NCBI GenBank assembly: GCA_964445375.1
Contig: CAYUKO010000001.1
Location: forward strand, 9,302 to 73,301
DNA from: an uncultured Roseburia sp.
Lineage (GTDB): Bacteria > Bacillota > Clostridia > Lachnospirales > Lachnospiraceae
Length of the DNA: 64,000 nucleotides
Direction of reading: 5' to 3'
Each line of letters starts with the position of its first letter. The first letter of the stretch is position 1. Below are positions 39,534 through 49,953 of this stretch, in pieces. The notes beneath the pieces were generated by a model. That model saw only the letters and a list, made by a program, of their open reading frames with translations, made no database searches and was not told the DNA's origin. A program made the translations under genes and the position numbers.

Positions 39534-40623
39534 ACTTCTTCGCAATATGTGATAAATACTTCTTCCATTCACTGTTTACTTTGTCAGGATTTAGTTCTTT
39601 TGTGATATTATAAGCATTTTCTCCTAACTTTTCTGCAAACTCTGCATCCGATAAAATTTTTCTAAACGCATCGGATAAGGCAAAGGCATCACCAACGGGA
39701 ACTAACAATCCATTCACACCATCTTCAATCAAGGTCGCAGGACCACCACAAGGGCAATCCGTTGATACAACCGGAATCCCGAGTGCCATAGCTTCCATAA
39801 TGGAATTAGGCATTCCTTCCGTATTCGAAGTCAGTGTAAAGATTCTTGCCTTGCAGATTCGATCGGCAATATCTGTCACGCTGCCTGGCATGGAGATTCT
39901 ATCGGCAAGCCCTTTCTCCTCGACTAAGGCTTCCAGCTTCTCTCTGCTTTCTCCTTCACCATAGATTATCAGCTTCGTATTTGGGTATTCCCCTGCGATT
40001 TTTGCAAAAGCATGAATGAGCATGGCATGATTCTTATTCTCATCCAATCTTCCTGCTGCCACAATCACATCTTCCTTTTCCCCAGTATATCGTTTCTTCA
40101 AAAACAGCGGATTAATGGGATTTGGAAGAATGACTGCTTTCTTACGAACTACCTTCGGAAAGAACTCACATGCCTGCTTCGTCTGCAAAACAATACCATC
40201 TGCAAAGAGAAATCCCCATTTTGCCAGAAACTGCATCAGCTTTCCTTCATATTCCATGGTCGGTTCACCACGAACGGATACGGCTACTCTTGCTGGCAAA
40301 AACATAGAAGTTGCAATTGCCATCAGATTGTTCTTTCCCAAAAAAGACAAAATCACATCAGGCTTGTACGCCTGCCAGATACTTCGAAGCTTCTGAAATC
40401 TTACCATAAAGTTACGGATACGTCCTCCCTGCAACTCATGTTCATCCGGTTCGGAATATACCCTTCGAATTTCTGGTGAGATTTCATATTCTATTTCATT
40501 TTTATACTGTGTTACCAGAATTACCTCATATCGATTCTTATGAAGATATTCTGCCAGATTTGCCATAACACGTTCTGAGCCACCCTTTTGCAGAGAGCTG
40601 ATAAATAGTGCTATTCTTTTCAT
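39532..40623 (-). CDS. GT4 glycosyltransferase (PglH/PglJ/AmsD-like)
   Basis: KGGSERV, VSVRGEP, AAGRLDENKN, SNTEGMPNSIMEAMALGIPVVSTDCPCGGP. Confidence 0.92.
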   Translation of the reverse strand: MKRIALFISSLQKGGSERVMANLAEYLHKNRYEVILVTQYKNEIEYEISPEIRRVYSEPDEHELQGGRIRNFMVRFQKLRSIWQAYKPDVILSFLGKNNLMAIATSMFLPARVAVSVRGEPTMEYEGKLMQFLAKWGFLFADGIVLQTKQACEFFPKVVRKKAVILPNPINPLFLKKRYTGEKEDVIVAAGRLDENKNHAMLIHAFAKIAGEYPNTKLIIYGEGESREKLEALVEEKGLADRISMPGSVTDIADRICKARIFTLTSNTEGMPNSIMEAMALGIPVVSTDCPCGGPATLIEDGVNGLLVPVGDAFALSDAFRKILSDAEFAEKLGENAYNITKELNPDKVNSEWKKYLSHIAKK

Positions 40624-42008
40624 TCTGGATGTACCCCTTCTTCTTTCACTTTTCTAATACGTGCTATCTCTATTAACATCAGGAATCCAGCCTGATAAAA
40701 CAGCCCCGTATTATACAGCATATATCGCATCTGAGAATAAATGGTTACCGCTGTTAAAAATACATTTGCCACAATTGCCACCATGACAAGACATGCAAAT
40801 GGCAGGACAGATGTCTGTACCTTTGCATATGATTTCTGCTTAACCAGATAAATAAATACTCCAAAATACAAAATATATAATCCAAGTGCAGGAAGATTCA
40901 AAAGCGGATGAACCTTTAGCACCGTAGTAATAAATCCATGAAGCACATTACCATAAGATATCCGCGCCATATCCTGAATGCAGGCAGGAAGCAGAGCCTT
41001 CATCATAGTAGCTGTAATCTCATTGTACAGTTCTTCTCTTTGTGGCTGCACCATTCCTTTTTCGTCCAGATACTCATTTAAAGTAACATTAATGATATCG
41101 AATTTGATGCGGTCATAAGAGTTACTATAATGGCTTTCTATATTACGCCAGCCGCTTTGTGCATATTTCAGATTATACTGATTTTCATCTGCTCTTTTCA
41201 TTATTTCAAGAAAGAGCTGCTGATATTCTTCATTCTCGATTCGTGAAACCATCCCGGTATCTGCTACAAAGATTTCTGTTCCAAGAATGAACATAGAATC
41301 TCCGGTATGGGAAGCAAAGACACCTCTCGTTACATAATTATATGAATAGTCGATGAGTTTCATTAATGAGAAACCAAGCAAAAGCAGAATAACTGCCTGT
41401 GCAAGTCCCTTTTTCCATTTCCTGTTCTTCCATTCTACATAGAAAATGACCAGGAAAAACAAACCAAAGGATATCATCATATGTTTTCTGATTGTCGTTA
41501 ATATCACACACCATAACAATGCCTGTACAATGTCCTTTTTCTGTGCATCATACAGAATTCGAACCAAACAGACAAATAAGAAAACCCATAAAGAATACGT
41601 AATTCCTTCTGTTTCAATACTATTAAAATAGCTATATCTTCTCTGGGCAACAAATCGGTTTAATAAGGTCAGTCCATACTGAACAATTAAAATGCAAAGC
41701 ATCTGTAAATCATGCAAAGCGAATCTTTTCTGCAATTCCTTACAGATTGCTACCGCCGCAATCGCCGCAATCAGGCACTGTACAATTACTGCTGCATCCA
41801 GATAGCAGCCTGCCGGGAATAACGCTCTGAAAAACGCCAGATACATACAATATCCCGGTTCTCTGTTTGCTTCCATAACAATATAGGAATTCGCATCGGG
41901 TGTCTGAATGACGCCATCCAACAAATACCACAGCACATAAAATCCAAAGCTGACAATCCCTATAAGCCAGTATTTCCATTCTATCTTTTTCATTTTCTGT
42001 TCGGTCAT
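40620..42008 (-). CDS. Multi-pass membrane protein, putative GT-C glycosyltransferase
   Basis: TPDANSY...REPGY first-loop motif, NSIETEGITYSL, RYMLYN; paralog of 49954..51309. Confidence 0.65.
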   Translation of the reverse strand: MTEQKMKKIEWKYWLIGIVSFGFYVLWYLLDGVIQTPDANSYIVMEANREPGYCMYLAFFRALFPAGCYLDAAVIVQCLIAAIAAVAICKELQKRFALHDLQMLCILIVQYGLTLLNRFVAQRRYSYFNSIETEGITYSLWVFLFVCLVRILYDAQKKDIVQALLWCVILTTIRKHMMISFGLFFLVIFYVEWKNRKWKKGLAQAVILLLLGFSLMKLIDYSYNYVTRGVFASHTGDSMFILGTEIFVADTGMVSRIENEEYQQLFLEIMKRADENQYNLKYAQSGWRNIESHYSNSYDRIKFDIINVTLNEYLDEKGMVQPQREELYNEITATMMKALLPACIQDMARISYGNVLHGFITTVLKVHPLLNLPALGLYILYFGVFIYLVKQKSYAKVQTSVLPFACLVMVAIVANVFLTAVTIYSQMRYMLYNTGLFYQAGFLMLIEIARIRKVKEEGVHPE

Positions 42009-42029
42009 TTCTTCCTCTTTCCTAATCCT

Positions 42030-43124
42030 TTAACGAATCAGTGTCTCCACATAATCCTTCCATTCCTGATAAATCTTCTGCGGATTCACACTGTTAACAA
42101 CACCTCTGGCCTGCATTCCTATGCGATTTGCAAGTTCTGTATCTGACAATACGCTTCTCATCGCCTCTGCAAGCTCTTCCTCTGCACCTGTTGGAACTAA
42201 AATCCCACCATATTGGTCAATAAGTAAGGCAGAACCGCCACATGGACAGTCTGTTGCAACACAAGGAAGCCCCATTGCCATTGCCTCAATAAGCGCATTC
42301 GGCATGCCTTCGTAATCAGAAGGAAGTACGAACAGTCCTGCATTTTTGATATCTTTTTCCAGTGTACTGCTTGCTCCCATAAAGCTTACTCTATCCGCAA
42401 TTTTATGTTCTATACAAAATGCTTCCAGCTCTTCTTTCACGCCATCGCTGCCAGCCTCTCCATATATCTGAAGCTGATACTCGGGGAATTCGTCACATAT
42501 TTTGGAAAATGCCCTAAGTAGAAGCATCTGATTCTTCTGTCTGGTAATTCTTCCTACCGTAACAATGGTTTTATCACGCTGCTTTGCCTGTGATTCCTGA
42601 TTGGAAAGGTATTTTTCATCCAGCGGATTCCAGATAATTCTTGATTTCTTCTGCAATTCCTCGTCAAAGAACTTCTTCGCATCGGGTGTCTGGAAGACAC
42701 AACCGACAGCCTTTTTTGTCATAAATCTGCATTTTTTCGGATAAGGAGCATAGTCCGTCCTCGGGTCATTTCGCACAGAAACCAGGAGCGGAATCTTTGT
42801 TCCGATAAGGCTATAAGCGCTTCTAAAATTTGCGTTTGCACAAAAGGATATTACAATATCCGGCTTCTCTTTCAGAATGGATTGGCGATAGCGAAGCATT
42901 CTGACAAGTGCCTTATAGATTCTGCCCTTTTTCTCCTCCTCTGGCGTAAGTCCTACATGGATACGTCTGACACGCTCATCCAGCGGATATTCCTCTTGGG
43001 CTGTCCATAATGTTGCCACTGCTACATCATTTCCATCCTGGGCAAAACAGCGTGACAGAATACTGATTACTCTCTCTGCTCCGCCCTTACCCATGCTGTT
43101 AATATGAAATAAAATCTTACTCAT
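42030..43124 (-). CDS. GT4 glycosyltransferase (PglH/PglJ/AmsD-like)
   Basis: KGGAERV, VSVRNDP, TVGRITRQKN, SDYEGMPNALIEAMAMGLPCVATDCPCGG; paralog of 39532..40623. Confidence 0.92.
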   Translation of the reverse strand: MSKILFHINSMGKGGAERVISILSRCFAQDGNDVAVATLWTAQEEYPLDERVRRIHVGLTPEEEKKGRIYKALVRMLRYRQSILKEKPDIVISFCANANFRSAYSLIGTKIPLLVSVRNDPRTDYAPYPKKCRFMTKKAVGCVFQTPDAKKFFDEELQKKSRIIWNPLDEKYLSNQESQAKQRDKTIVTVGRITRQKNQMLLLRAFSKICDEFPEYQLQIYGEAGSDGVKEELEAFCIEHKIADRVSFMGASSTLEKDIKNAGLFVLPSDYEGMPNALIEAMAMGLPCVATDCPCGGSALLIDQYGGILVPTGAEEELAEAMRSVLSDTELANRIGMQARGVVNSVNPQKIYQEWKDYVETLIR

Positions 43125-44979
43125 AAGTCTGATACCAACGCTGGAATACGAAAAGTGCCCATATCATACGGGAATAATTTGCTCCTGTTCCCGAACCAGC
43201 GTCTCCTGTCTCTAAATATTTTTCAATAAAAGAAGCTACATAGTCTGCATCAAACAATCCCTGCTTCTGTAAGTACTGCTTCTGTGTGAGATCAAGCAGC
43301 TGCTCCTTCAATGGACCTCTAAGCCACTTATCCAAAGGCACACCAAAGCCTACCTTTGGGCGGTCTAGCAAATCCTTTGGAATATAATCATAGGCAATGT
43401 CCTTAAGAATTCGTTTCTTATTGCCTGCCTGATACTTGAATTCGTGAGGAATGCTAAAGGCAAATTCCATAACATTCGTATCCAGTATTGGACATCTTGT
43501 CTCTAAGGAATATTTCATGGCTGCACGGTCTACCTTACACAGAATGTCTCCCGGAAGATAGGTGTCCATATCCAGTAACATCCTTCTCTCCTGCCAGTTA
43601 TCTTCGTTATACTTCGTCTCGAAATCGTAGTAGCATGGAATACCCTCTTTGCACACCATATTCTGTGCAACCTGTAAGTAATTGCCTGCAATAAACTGTG
43701 TCTTTGCCTCTTTATTACGGTTCTGTGCGATGACACGAACCTTAAATGGATAATGCTTCTCCAGATTACCAATTCTTCCGATTTGATGGGCAATTGCACC
43801 AAGCCCGTCCAGCTTCTGTGCCTGTTCCAGCTTCTTATAAATATTATAACCACAGAAGAACTCATCTCCACCATCACCGGAAAGTGCAACGGTAACATCC
43901 TTTCTTGCAAGCTCTGCGACAAGCATGGATGGAATCTGAGAACTGTCTGCAAAAGGTTCATCAAAATACTTTGGAATACTATCAACCAGTCTAAACATAT
44001 CATTTTCATCAATGTAAAGTTCCGTATGATGTGTTCCTAAATGCTTTGCAACCTGCTTTGCATAATCAGCCTCATTGTATTTTTCATCATGAAAGCCTAT
44101 CGAAAAAGTTTTCACCGGCTCAGACGATAAGGACTGTGCAACTGCTGTTACAAGAGACGAATCATATCCACCACTTAAGAATGTTCCTAATGGCACATCT
44201 GCTATCATTCTCTGTTTCACAGCCTTTTCCAAATGCTTTTTCAATTCTGCCTTTGCTTCCTCATAATCCTTAGGACCTGTTCCCTTTTTCTGATGATATA
44301 CTTCCTTCAAATCCCAATATTTCCATGTGGTAATCTGTCCAGCTGAGAATTTCAAAATGCTTCCCGGCTCAACCTGATAAACATTTTGATAGATGCTATC
44401 CGGCGCCTTAATATACTGTTGGTACAGGAAACGCCCTAAAATATCAGCGTTTACCTTCTTATGAAATCCGGGATATCCCATAATTGGCTTTAACTCTGAT
44501 GCAAAGACAAGATTCTCATCCTCATACCAGTAATACAATGGCTTTTTCCCGATTCGATCACGTACTAAGTAAATTTCATCATTTTCTCTATCGAACAGTG
44601 CAATGGCAAACATGCCATGAATTCTTTCGATACACTTGATTCCCCACTTCAGATATGCAGCAAGAATCACCTCGGTATCACAGGTGGAGTGAAACGGATA
44701 ATCGGAAAGTTCTTCTTTTAATTCCTGAAAATTATAGATTTCACCATTAAATACAATGGATACTCTCTGATCTGCGGAATGCATTGGCTGATGCCCTAAT
44801 GGCGACAGATCCAGTATGGATAATCTTCGCTGCGCCAGACCAACCTGATAACCATTTCTCATTGGATAGATTTCTGCTCCGCTATCATTTGGTCCTCTGT
44901 GATACATGGTATCATTGATTTCTCTTAACTTTTCTACTGTAATACCTTTTCTGGATACATAGCCACATATTCCACACAT
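43117..44979 (-). CDS. asnB: Asparagine synthase-like glutamine amidotransferase (polysaccharide amidation type)
   Basis: MCGICG, QRRLSI, FNGEIYN, RDRIGKKPLYY, LSGGYDSS, LSGDGGDEFF, KVDRAAM, RPKVGF. Confidence 0.95.
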   Translation of the reverse strand: MCGICGYVSRKGITVEKLREINDTMYHRGPNDSGAEIYPMRNGYQVGLAQRRLSILDLSPLGHQPMHSADQRVSIVFNGEIYNFQELKEELSDYPFHSTCDTEVILAAYLKWGIKCIERIHGMFAIALFDRENDEIYLVRDRIGKKPLYYWYEDENLVFASELKPIMGYPGFHKKVNADILGRFLYQQYIKAPDSIYQNVYQVEPGSILKFSAGQITTWKYWDLKEVYHQKKGTGPKDYEEAKAELKKHLEKAVKQRMIADVPLGTFLSGGYDSSLVTAVAQSLSSEPVKTFSIGFHDEKYNEADYAKQVAKHLGTHHTELYIDENDMFRLVDSIPKYFDEPFADSSQIPSMLVAELARKDVTVALSGDGGDEFFCGYNIYKKLEQAQKLDGLGAIAHQIGRIGNLEKHYPFKVRVIAQNRNKEAKTQFIAGNYLQVAQNMVCKEGIPCYYDFETKYNEDNWQERRMLLDMDTYLPGDILCKVDRAAMKYSLETRCPILDTNVMEFAFSIPHEFKYQAGNKKRILKDIAYDYIPKDLLDRPKVGFGVPLDKWLRGPLKEQLLDLTQKQYLQKQGLFDADYVASFIEKYLETGDAGSGTGANYSRMIWALFVFQRWYQTYE

Positions 44980-44994
44980 ATTCTGTCACCTCTT

Positions 44995-46179
44995 TTATGC
45001 TTCTATGAGTCTTATTATTGCCTCTTTGTATTTCTCCATGGAAAAATCATTTGCCCGCTTCTTCGTTAATTCACGATAGCTCTGATATAGCTCCTGATTC
45101 TGTAACATCGTAAGCATTGCCTGTGCAAGCGCTTCTTCCTCTTCTTCCAGAACAATTTTGTCATTCTGCTGTTCATATTCCATGTTCTTCTGCGGCGTAA
45201 GTGCCGGCGTAAGTATACCATAATCAGCCTGCATAGCGCCAACCGCGCTTTCTGCTTCCTTCCAGTCATCATGTAAGATTTCCGCAGGTCCTGACTTACA
45301 GTTTACTGACACAATCGGAAGTCCTACTGTCAAAGCCTCAACCAGCGCATTCGGAAGTCCTTCGCTAATCGAGGATAAGACATAGATATCACTTGCCTTC
45401 ATAAAGGAAAAGGGATTCTTCTGCATACCGGTAAATAATACCCTTTCCCCGATACCCATAGACTCTGCAAGTCTCTTATATTCTTCAAAGCTGCCCTCAC
45501 CGACAATAGCAAGCTTTGTATCCGGCATTTCTTCCTGCACTCTCTTAAATGCCTTTAAAAGATGCCAGAAGCCCTTCACATCATGTTCTCTTCCCATAGA
45601 AAGAATCACGTTATCTTCGCCTTCAAAAAATGGTTTATACGCATCTGCAAGTTCCTGTTCGCCAAGCTCCCGAATACCTGAAATATCACAAGGATTCCAG
45701 ATTTCCTGTACATCCTTTGCCTGATACTTCTCTCTTACTTCCTCTGCCATGGCTTTCGCACAACAGACAACATAATCCATTTTCTTTAGAATCAGATTCA
45801 TATACTGCTTATTATGAATCTCTCCAAAGGAATGACAGGCTGCTATTTTTCTTGCCTTTCCTCTACTTAGGGCACTTGCCATATTCGCGGTCTGACCAAA
45901 GCTGTACATGACATCGATCTGAAGCTCCTTTTGTAAACTGGAAAGCTTCTTTGCTCGTTTGAAGAGATTTGTAATCTTTCCAAGCTTCCCCGGTACTGCC
46001 CCAAGATGCAGGTCAATTACATGCACCCCGGAAACATCATAAATCATGCCCGCCGTATTAAATACGACAAGATGTATCTCATATGTTGTTTTTAAAAGCT
46101 GCGCTGTTAAAGCACATACACGCTCTAAGCCACCCTGATCCAGCATGGGAACAACGAGCATGATTCTCTTTTTTGTCAT
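44995..46179 (-). CDS. GT4 glycosyltransferase (PglJ-like)
   Basis: QGGLERV, SMGREHDVKG, QKNPF, SISEGLPNALVEAL, SGPAEIL. Confidence 0.9.
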   Translation of the reverse strand: MTKKRIMLVVPMLDQGGLERVCALTAQLLKTTYEIHLVVFNTAGMIYDVSGVHVIDLHLGAVPGKLGKITNLFKRAKKLSSLQKELQIDVMYSFGQTANMASALSRGKARKIAACHSFGEIHNKQYMNLILKKMDYVVCCAKAMAEEVREKYQAKDVQEIWNPCDISGIRELGEQELADAYKPFFEGEDNVILSMGREHDVKGFWHLLKAFKRVQEEMPDTKLAIVGEGSFEEYKRLAESMGIGERVLFTGMQKNPFSFMKASDIYVLSSISEGLPNALVEALTVGLPIVSVNCKSGPAEILHDDWKEAESAVGAMQADYGILTPALTPQKNMEYEQQNDKIVLEEEEEALAQAMLTMLQNQELYQSYRELTKKRANDFSMEKYKEAIIRLIEA

Positions 46180-46182
46180 TTT

Positions 46183-46968
46183 CTAATTCACCCTTTTCAT
46201 CAGCTTCATAGCGGTTACTGCAAGCTTTCCAAGAAGTGTATTACCAGTAAACACATTGTAATACGTAATCTTATCGCCACCGAATTTGAGCTTGAATTCA
46301 TCGATACCGTTTGGATTCTCAAAGTCTGAGATACCGCCCCAGTCATAACGAACGAGTCCCTTTTCCTTAAAGTACTTGATATCTTCCCAGTGCAGACGCT
46401 TATTGGCACGTCCAATCATGGACTGGTCTGCACTCTCTTCACGGAAGCAGGATGCAGAATGTAATAATCTTGCGTCTGTTTCATCACAGATGTAGGAATG
46501 GAACACAAGAATCTCTCCTTCATGTAAAACAGCAGAAAAGATAATCGCATCTGCTTCCAGATAACGGTCGATTGCTGTAATATTAAGCTTCGTATCAGAG
46601 CCCTTGGACTGATACATTCTCTCATAGATATCCGCAAAGGTATCTATTAAGCTTCGATCTGCCTCAATATCAGCCTTTGTATAGAATCTGACTTCGATAC
46701 CATCCTTCTCACTACGGCGAAACTGATACTTTACTGCCTTGTTGATATTGGTAAGCATATCTTCTTCTGACATCGTAAGGTCATTCATACAGGTATGATA
46801 TTCCTGCCAGCCTCGAAAGCTTCCCTTTGTCTGCTCTTTCTCCACACCATGAACAAAGAGAATATCTGCCTTTCTCTTCTGTTCAAGCAGCTCTGAAATC
46901 GTTGTTTTACCCGGATACCAGATTTGATTTATCTTCAAAAATTTCTTCTGATACATTACATCTATCAT
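46183..46968 (-). CDS. FemAB-like GNAT-fold acyl/aminoacyl transferase
   Basis: NDLTMSEED...KYQFRRSEKDG, ANKRLHWEDIKYFKEKG..YDWGGI, GIDEFKLKFGG. Confidence 0.72.
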   Translation of the reverse strand: MIDVMYQKKFLKINQIWYPGKTTISELLEQKRKADILFVHGVEKEQTKGSFRGWQEYHTCMNDLTMSEEDMLTNINKAVKYQFRRSEKDGIEVRFYTKADIEADRSLIDTFADIYERMYQSKGSDTKLNITAIDRYLEADAIIFSAVLHEGEILVFHSYICDETDARLLHSASCFREESADQSMIGRANKRLHWEDIKYFKEKGLVRYDWGGISDFENPNGIDEFKLKFGGDKITYYNVFTGNTLLGKLAVTAMKLMKRVN

Positions 46969-47019
46969 AAATTCTCTACCCCGTTTATGAATTTTGGTAA
47001 TTATTCAGTACCTGAATAG

Positions 47020-48180
47020 TTACGATTTTTTTACATTACCTGGCGGGTTTTGTCCTGTCCGATAGAATTCCTCCATCCGTGCCGCCTGTGTATTTACATC
47101 AAAGTCTTTCTTCGCAATGGCTTCTTGCATGTCTTTACGAAGAAATGCTTCCCTGGCATTCTTAAGTATTTCCTCTGCCCAAAGCTTTGGTTCTTCTTCT
47201 ATACTTCGATAGGACACAAGGTCTGTCAAAGCAACCTCCCTTGTAATCCGGTCAGATATCAGGCAATGCAGTCCTGCTGCCTGTGCCTCTACAACGCTTC
47301 CCGGAAGTCCCTCAAAGGTGGATGGAAATACAAAGTAATCAAATGCCTGATAATAGCGTTCCACATCAAATTTATTTCCAAGGAATAACACCTTATCCTC
47401 TATACCTAATGCCTTAAGCTTATCATGAATAGTAGCTTCTTCCTCACCCTTGCCAATTAAGACAAGAGCCATATCCTCACGGCTTTTACAAAGCTCTGCA
47501 AAGATATCAACAAGGTACGTATGATTCTTCATGAATCCAAAACGACCAACGTGACCAATGACAAACTTATCCTGAATGCCAAGTTGTTCTCTTACCTCGT
47601 TTCGAACTGCTTCATTATACTGGAATCTCTTTGCATCAATGGCATTGGGAATGGTCCATACGTTACCCTGCTCAACCCATTTCTTACCAAAAACCGCAAT
47701 TCCGGCTTCTTCGGAACAGGTAAAACAATAGTCCGCCTTATGTTTCAAAGAGCTTCGCAAGAGCTTTGTTACATAGCCTTTTGCACCCTTATCCACACCT
47801 GCGCTTCTTGCATGAGCAATGGTTACGACAGAAGGGTTCTCTTTCTTTGCAATCGGAAGATAGATGGATGCTGTACTTGTCATATGTCCCTGCACCGCAA
47901 CAAACTCCTGATGTTCCTTAAAAAACTGTCTGATTGCTTTCTTATATTCTGCAAGGTTTACCACCTTGAATCGCGGCAAACTATAAATCTTACCGCCAAG
48001 CTCTCGTATTTCCTTGCTATAATGTCCTTCCTCTGTCGTATGTACAAGAAAATCAAACTGCACCTTACTGCGGTCTATGCAGCGATACAGCTCCATAATT
48101 CTACTCTCTGCACCACCAAGGTTTGTCGTTCCCAGTACATGCAAAACTCTGATTGGATTCTGTGTCTTCTGATTGGTCAT
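47020..48180 (-). CDS. GT4 glycosyltransferase (EpsF-like)
   Basis: LGGAESRI, QFDFL, IGHVGRFGFMKNH, FPSTFEGLPGSVVEAQAAGL. Confidence 0.92.
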   Translation of the reverse strand: MTNQKTQNPIRVLHVLGTTNLGGAESRIMELYRCIDRSKVQFDFLVHTTEEGHYSKEIRELGGKIYSLPRFKVVNLAEYKKAIRQFFKEHQEFVAVQGHMTSTASIYLPIAKKENPSVVTIAHARSAGVDKGAKGYVTKLLRSSLKHKADYCFTCSEEAGIAVFGKKWVEQGNVWTIPNAIDAKRFQYNEAVRNEVREQLGIQDKFVIGHVGRFGFMKNHTYLVDIFAELCKSREDMALVLIGKGEEEATIHDKLKALGIEDKVLFLGNKFDVERYYQAFDYFVFPSTFEGLPGSVVEAQAAGLHCLISDRITREVALTDLVSYRSIEEEPKLWAEEILKNAREAFLRKDMQEAIAKKDFDVNTQAARMEEFYRTGQNPPGNVKKS

Positions 48181-48190
48181 TCTTTTCCCT

Positions 48191-48937
48191 TTACTTTCTT
48201 ATGTTATTTAAACGTACCAGTACATACTTGCTGACTGCCATAAGATACTCTTTGCTTCTTCCCAAAATGCCACGCTTATCCGGCGTAATCTTCAAATAAT
48301 CCTGATAAGAAATCAGCTTATCTTTCTGTTCCGCAAACATCTTCTCATAACGTTCAAAATCTTTATCATTCATGGTATTGGCATGAATGACAAAGGTCGT
48401 ATAGCCATTTTCCTGCTTTAAGCTATTGCTCTGTTTGAAGGAAATCGGATAAAAAATCATTCCCTTCCACTCATATGGCTTATCGCCAAAGCCATCGGTC
48501 AGCTTTGCAAAGCCTGCTGCCTTCAAAGCCTTGAGTGTATTCTTATCGTAGGAATGTGCCGGAGCCATAAAGATATCGGTATAGATACCGTGACTTTCTA
48601 AGATTTCCTTACCCTTTTTCAGGGATGCAAGCTGTTCCTCATAGGTCTTTCCTGCATACTCTGAAATTGCATTTAATGGAAAACAGCCCTTCTTCTTCGT
48701 GCTGTAAATATGGGTACAGCCATGCTGTGCAATAGTCCAGCCTTCTTTTTCTAATTGTAATAAATATTCCCAAAAATCCTCCCTTGCTTCGTCGATATGA
48801 AGCATAGAATCCTGATTTTCGGGAACTACCCCTATAAGCGGTTTGACCTGATACAGATCACAAAGCTCCTTAAATCTAAGGAACTTTGCCCAATCCATAT
48901 CAGGTGTTATATCATCCATTCTTATCGAAATATTCAT
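48191..48937 (-). CDS. DUF2334 / CE4-like polysaccharide deacetylase
   Basis: IRMDDITP, GVVP, AQHGCTH, FMAPAHSYD, VIHAN (NodB-like DD, HxxxH and P motifs). Confidence 0.78.
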   Translation of the reverse strand: MNISIRMDDITPDMDWAKFLRFKELCDLYQVKPLIGVVPENQDSMLHIDEAREDFWEYLLQLEKEGWTIAQHGCTHIYSTKKKGCFPLNAISEYAGKTYEEQLASLKKGKEILESHGIYTDIFMAPAHSYDKNTLKALKAAGFAKLTDGFGDKPYEWKGMIFYPISFKQSNSLKQENGYTTFVIHANTMNDKDFERYEKMFAEQKDKLISYQDYLKITPDKRGILGRSKEYLMAVSKYVLVRLNNIRK

Positions 48938-48957
48938 CTAATTCTCCAAGTATAAGA

Positions 48958-49932
48958 TTACAGGTTTGCCTTGTACCAGTCGATTGCAAGGGCAATACCC
49001 TTCTCAAAATCGTATTCCGGATCATATCCAAGTAACTCTCTTGCCTTTGAAATATCAGCATTAGAATGCTTGATATCTCCTGCTCTGTCTGGTCCAAAGT
49101 GAGGCTCTACGTCCTTACCAAGTGCCTTACAGAGATCATAATAAATATCAATCAGATATTCTCTTCCGCCGTAAGCTACGTTAAATGCCTGTCCTGCTGC
49201 ATCACTGGAAGCAAGACATGCCTTCATATTTGCTTCGATTACATTATCAATATAAGTAAAGTCTCTTGACTGCTTTCCATCACCGTTAATGGTTGGAACT
49301 TCTCCGTCTAAGAGCTGCTTAATAAACTTTGGAATAACAGCTGCATATGCGCCATTTGGATCCTGACGGCGTCCGAATACGTTGAAATAACGAAGTCCAT
49401 AAGTATCCAGACCATAAAGCTTCTTATAAAGCTTTCCATATTCTTCATCCACACGCTTTGTTAACGCATATGGAGAAAGAAGATTTCCTTCCTGTCCCTC
49501 TTTCTTAGGGAGTACCGGATGATCGCCATAAACGGAAGAACTTGATGCATAGACAAACTTCTTAACACCATTCTGTCTTGCAGCTTCCATCATATTTAAA
49601 GTACCCATAATGTTATTCTGCTCATAGAATAAAGGCATCTCAATACTTCTTGGAACAGAACCCCATGCAGCCTGATTCATAACGAAATCTACGCCCTCAC
49701 AAGCCTTCATACAAGTATCAAAATCCTTGATATCTCCCTTAATAAAGGTATAATTTGGTCTGTCCAACAGCATCTTTACATTTTCTTCACGGCCTGTAGA
49801 AAGGTCATCCAGACATCTTACCTGATATCCCATATCTGTTAATGCCTCACACAAGTTAGAACCAATAAAGCCAGCTCCACCTGTTACAAGAAAAACACTA
49901 TTTTCCGGAAATTTCAAATCCTTATATCCCAT
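48958..49932 (-). CDS. tviC: UDP-GlcNAc(A) C4-epimerase (TviC/WbpP-like SDR)
   Basis: TGGAGFIG, QAAWGSVPRSI, LSPYALTK, YFNVFGRRQDPNGAYAAVIPKF, RAGDIKHS. Confidence 0.9.
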   Translation of the reverse strand: MGYKDLKFPENSVFLVTGGAGFIGSNLCEALTDMGYQVRCLDDLSTGREENVKMLLDRPNYTFIKGDIKDFDTCMKACEGVDFVMNQAAWGSVPRSIEMPLFYEQNNIMGTLNMMEAARQNGVKKFVYASSSSVYGDHPVLPKKEGQEGNLLSPYALTKRVDEEYGKLYKKLYGLDTYGLRYFNVFGRRQDPNGAYAAVIPKFIKQLLDGEVPTINGDGKQSRDFTYIDNVIEANMKACLASSDAAGQAFNVAYGGREYLIDIYYDLCKALGKDVEPHFGPDRAGDIKHSNADISKARELLGYDPEYDFEKGIALAIDWYKANL

Positions 49933-49953
49933 CGTTATTCCAATCCTTTCCTA

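Noticed and set aside
47002-47018. TATTCAG-TAC-CTGAATA inverted repeat between two genes
   Set aside because: No U-tract and an AT-rich 7-bp stem; at most an mRNA-stabilising hairpin, not supportable as a terminator.
47521-48234. Longest plus-strand ORF (237 aa); similar ones at 22591..23202, 34210..34725 and 34995..35561
   Set aside because: Fully antisense to well-supported genes, with no recognisable motifs or RBS.
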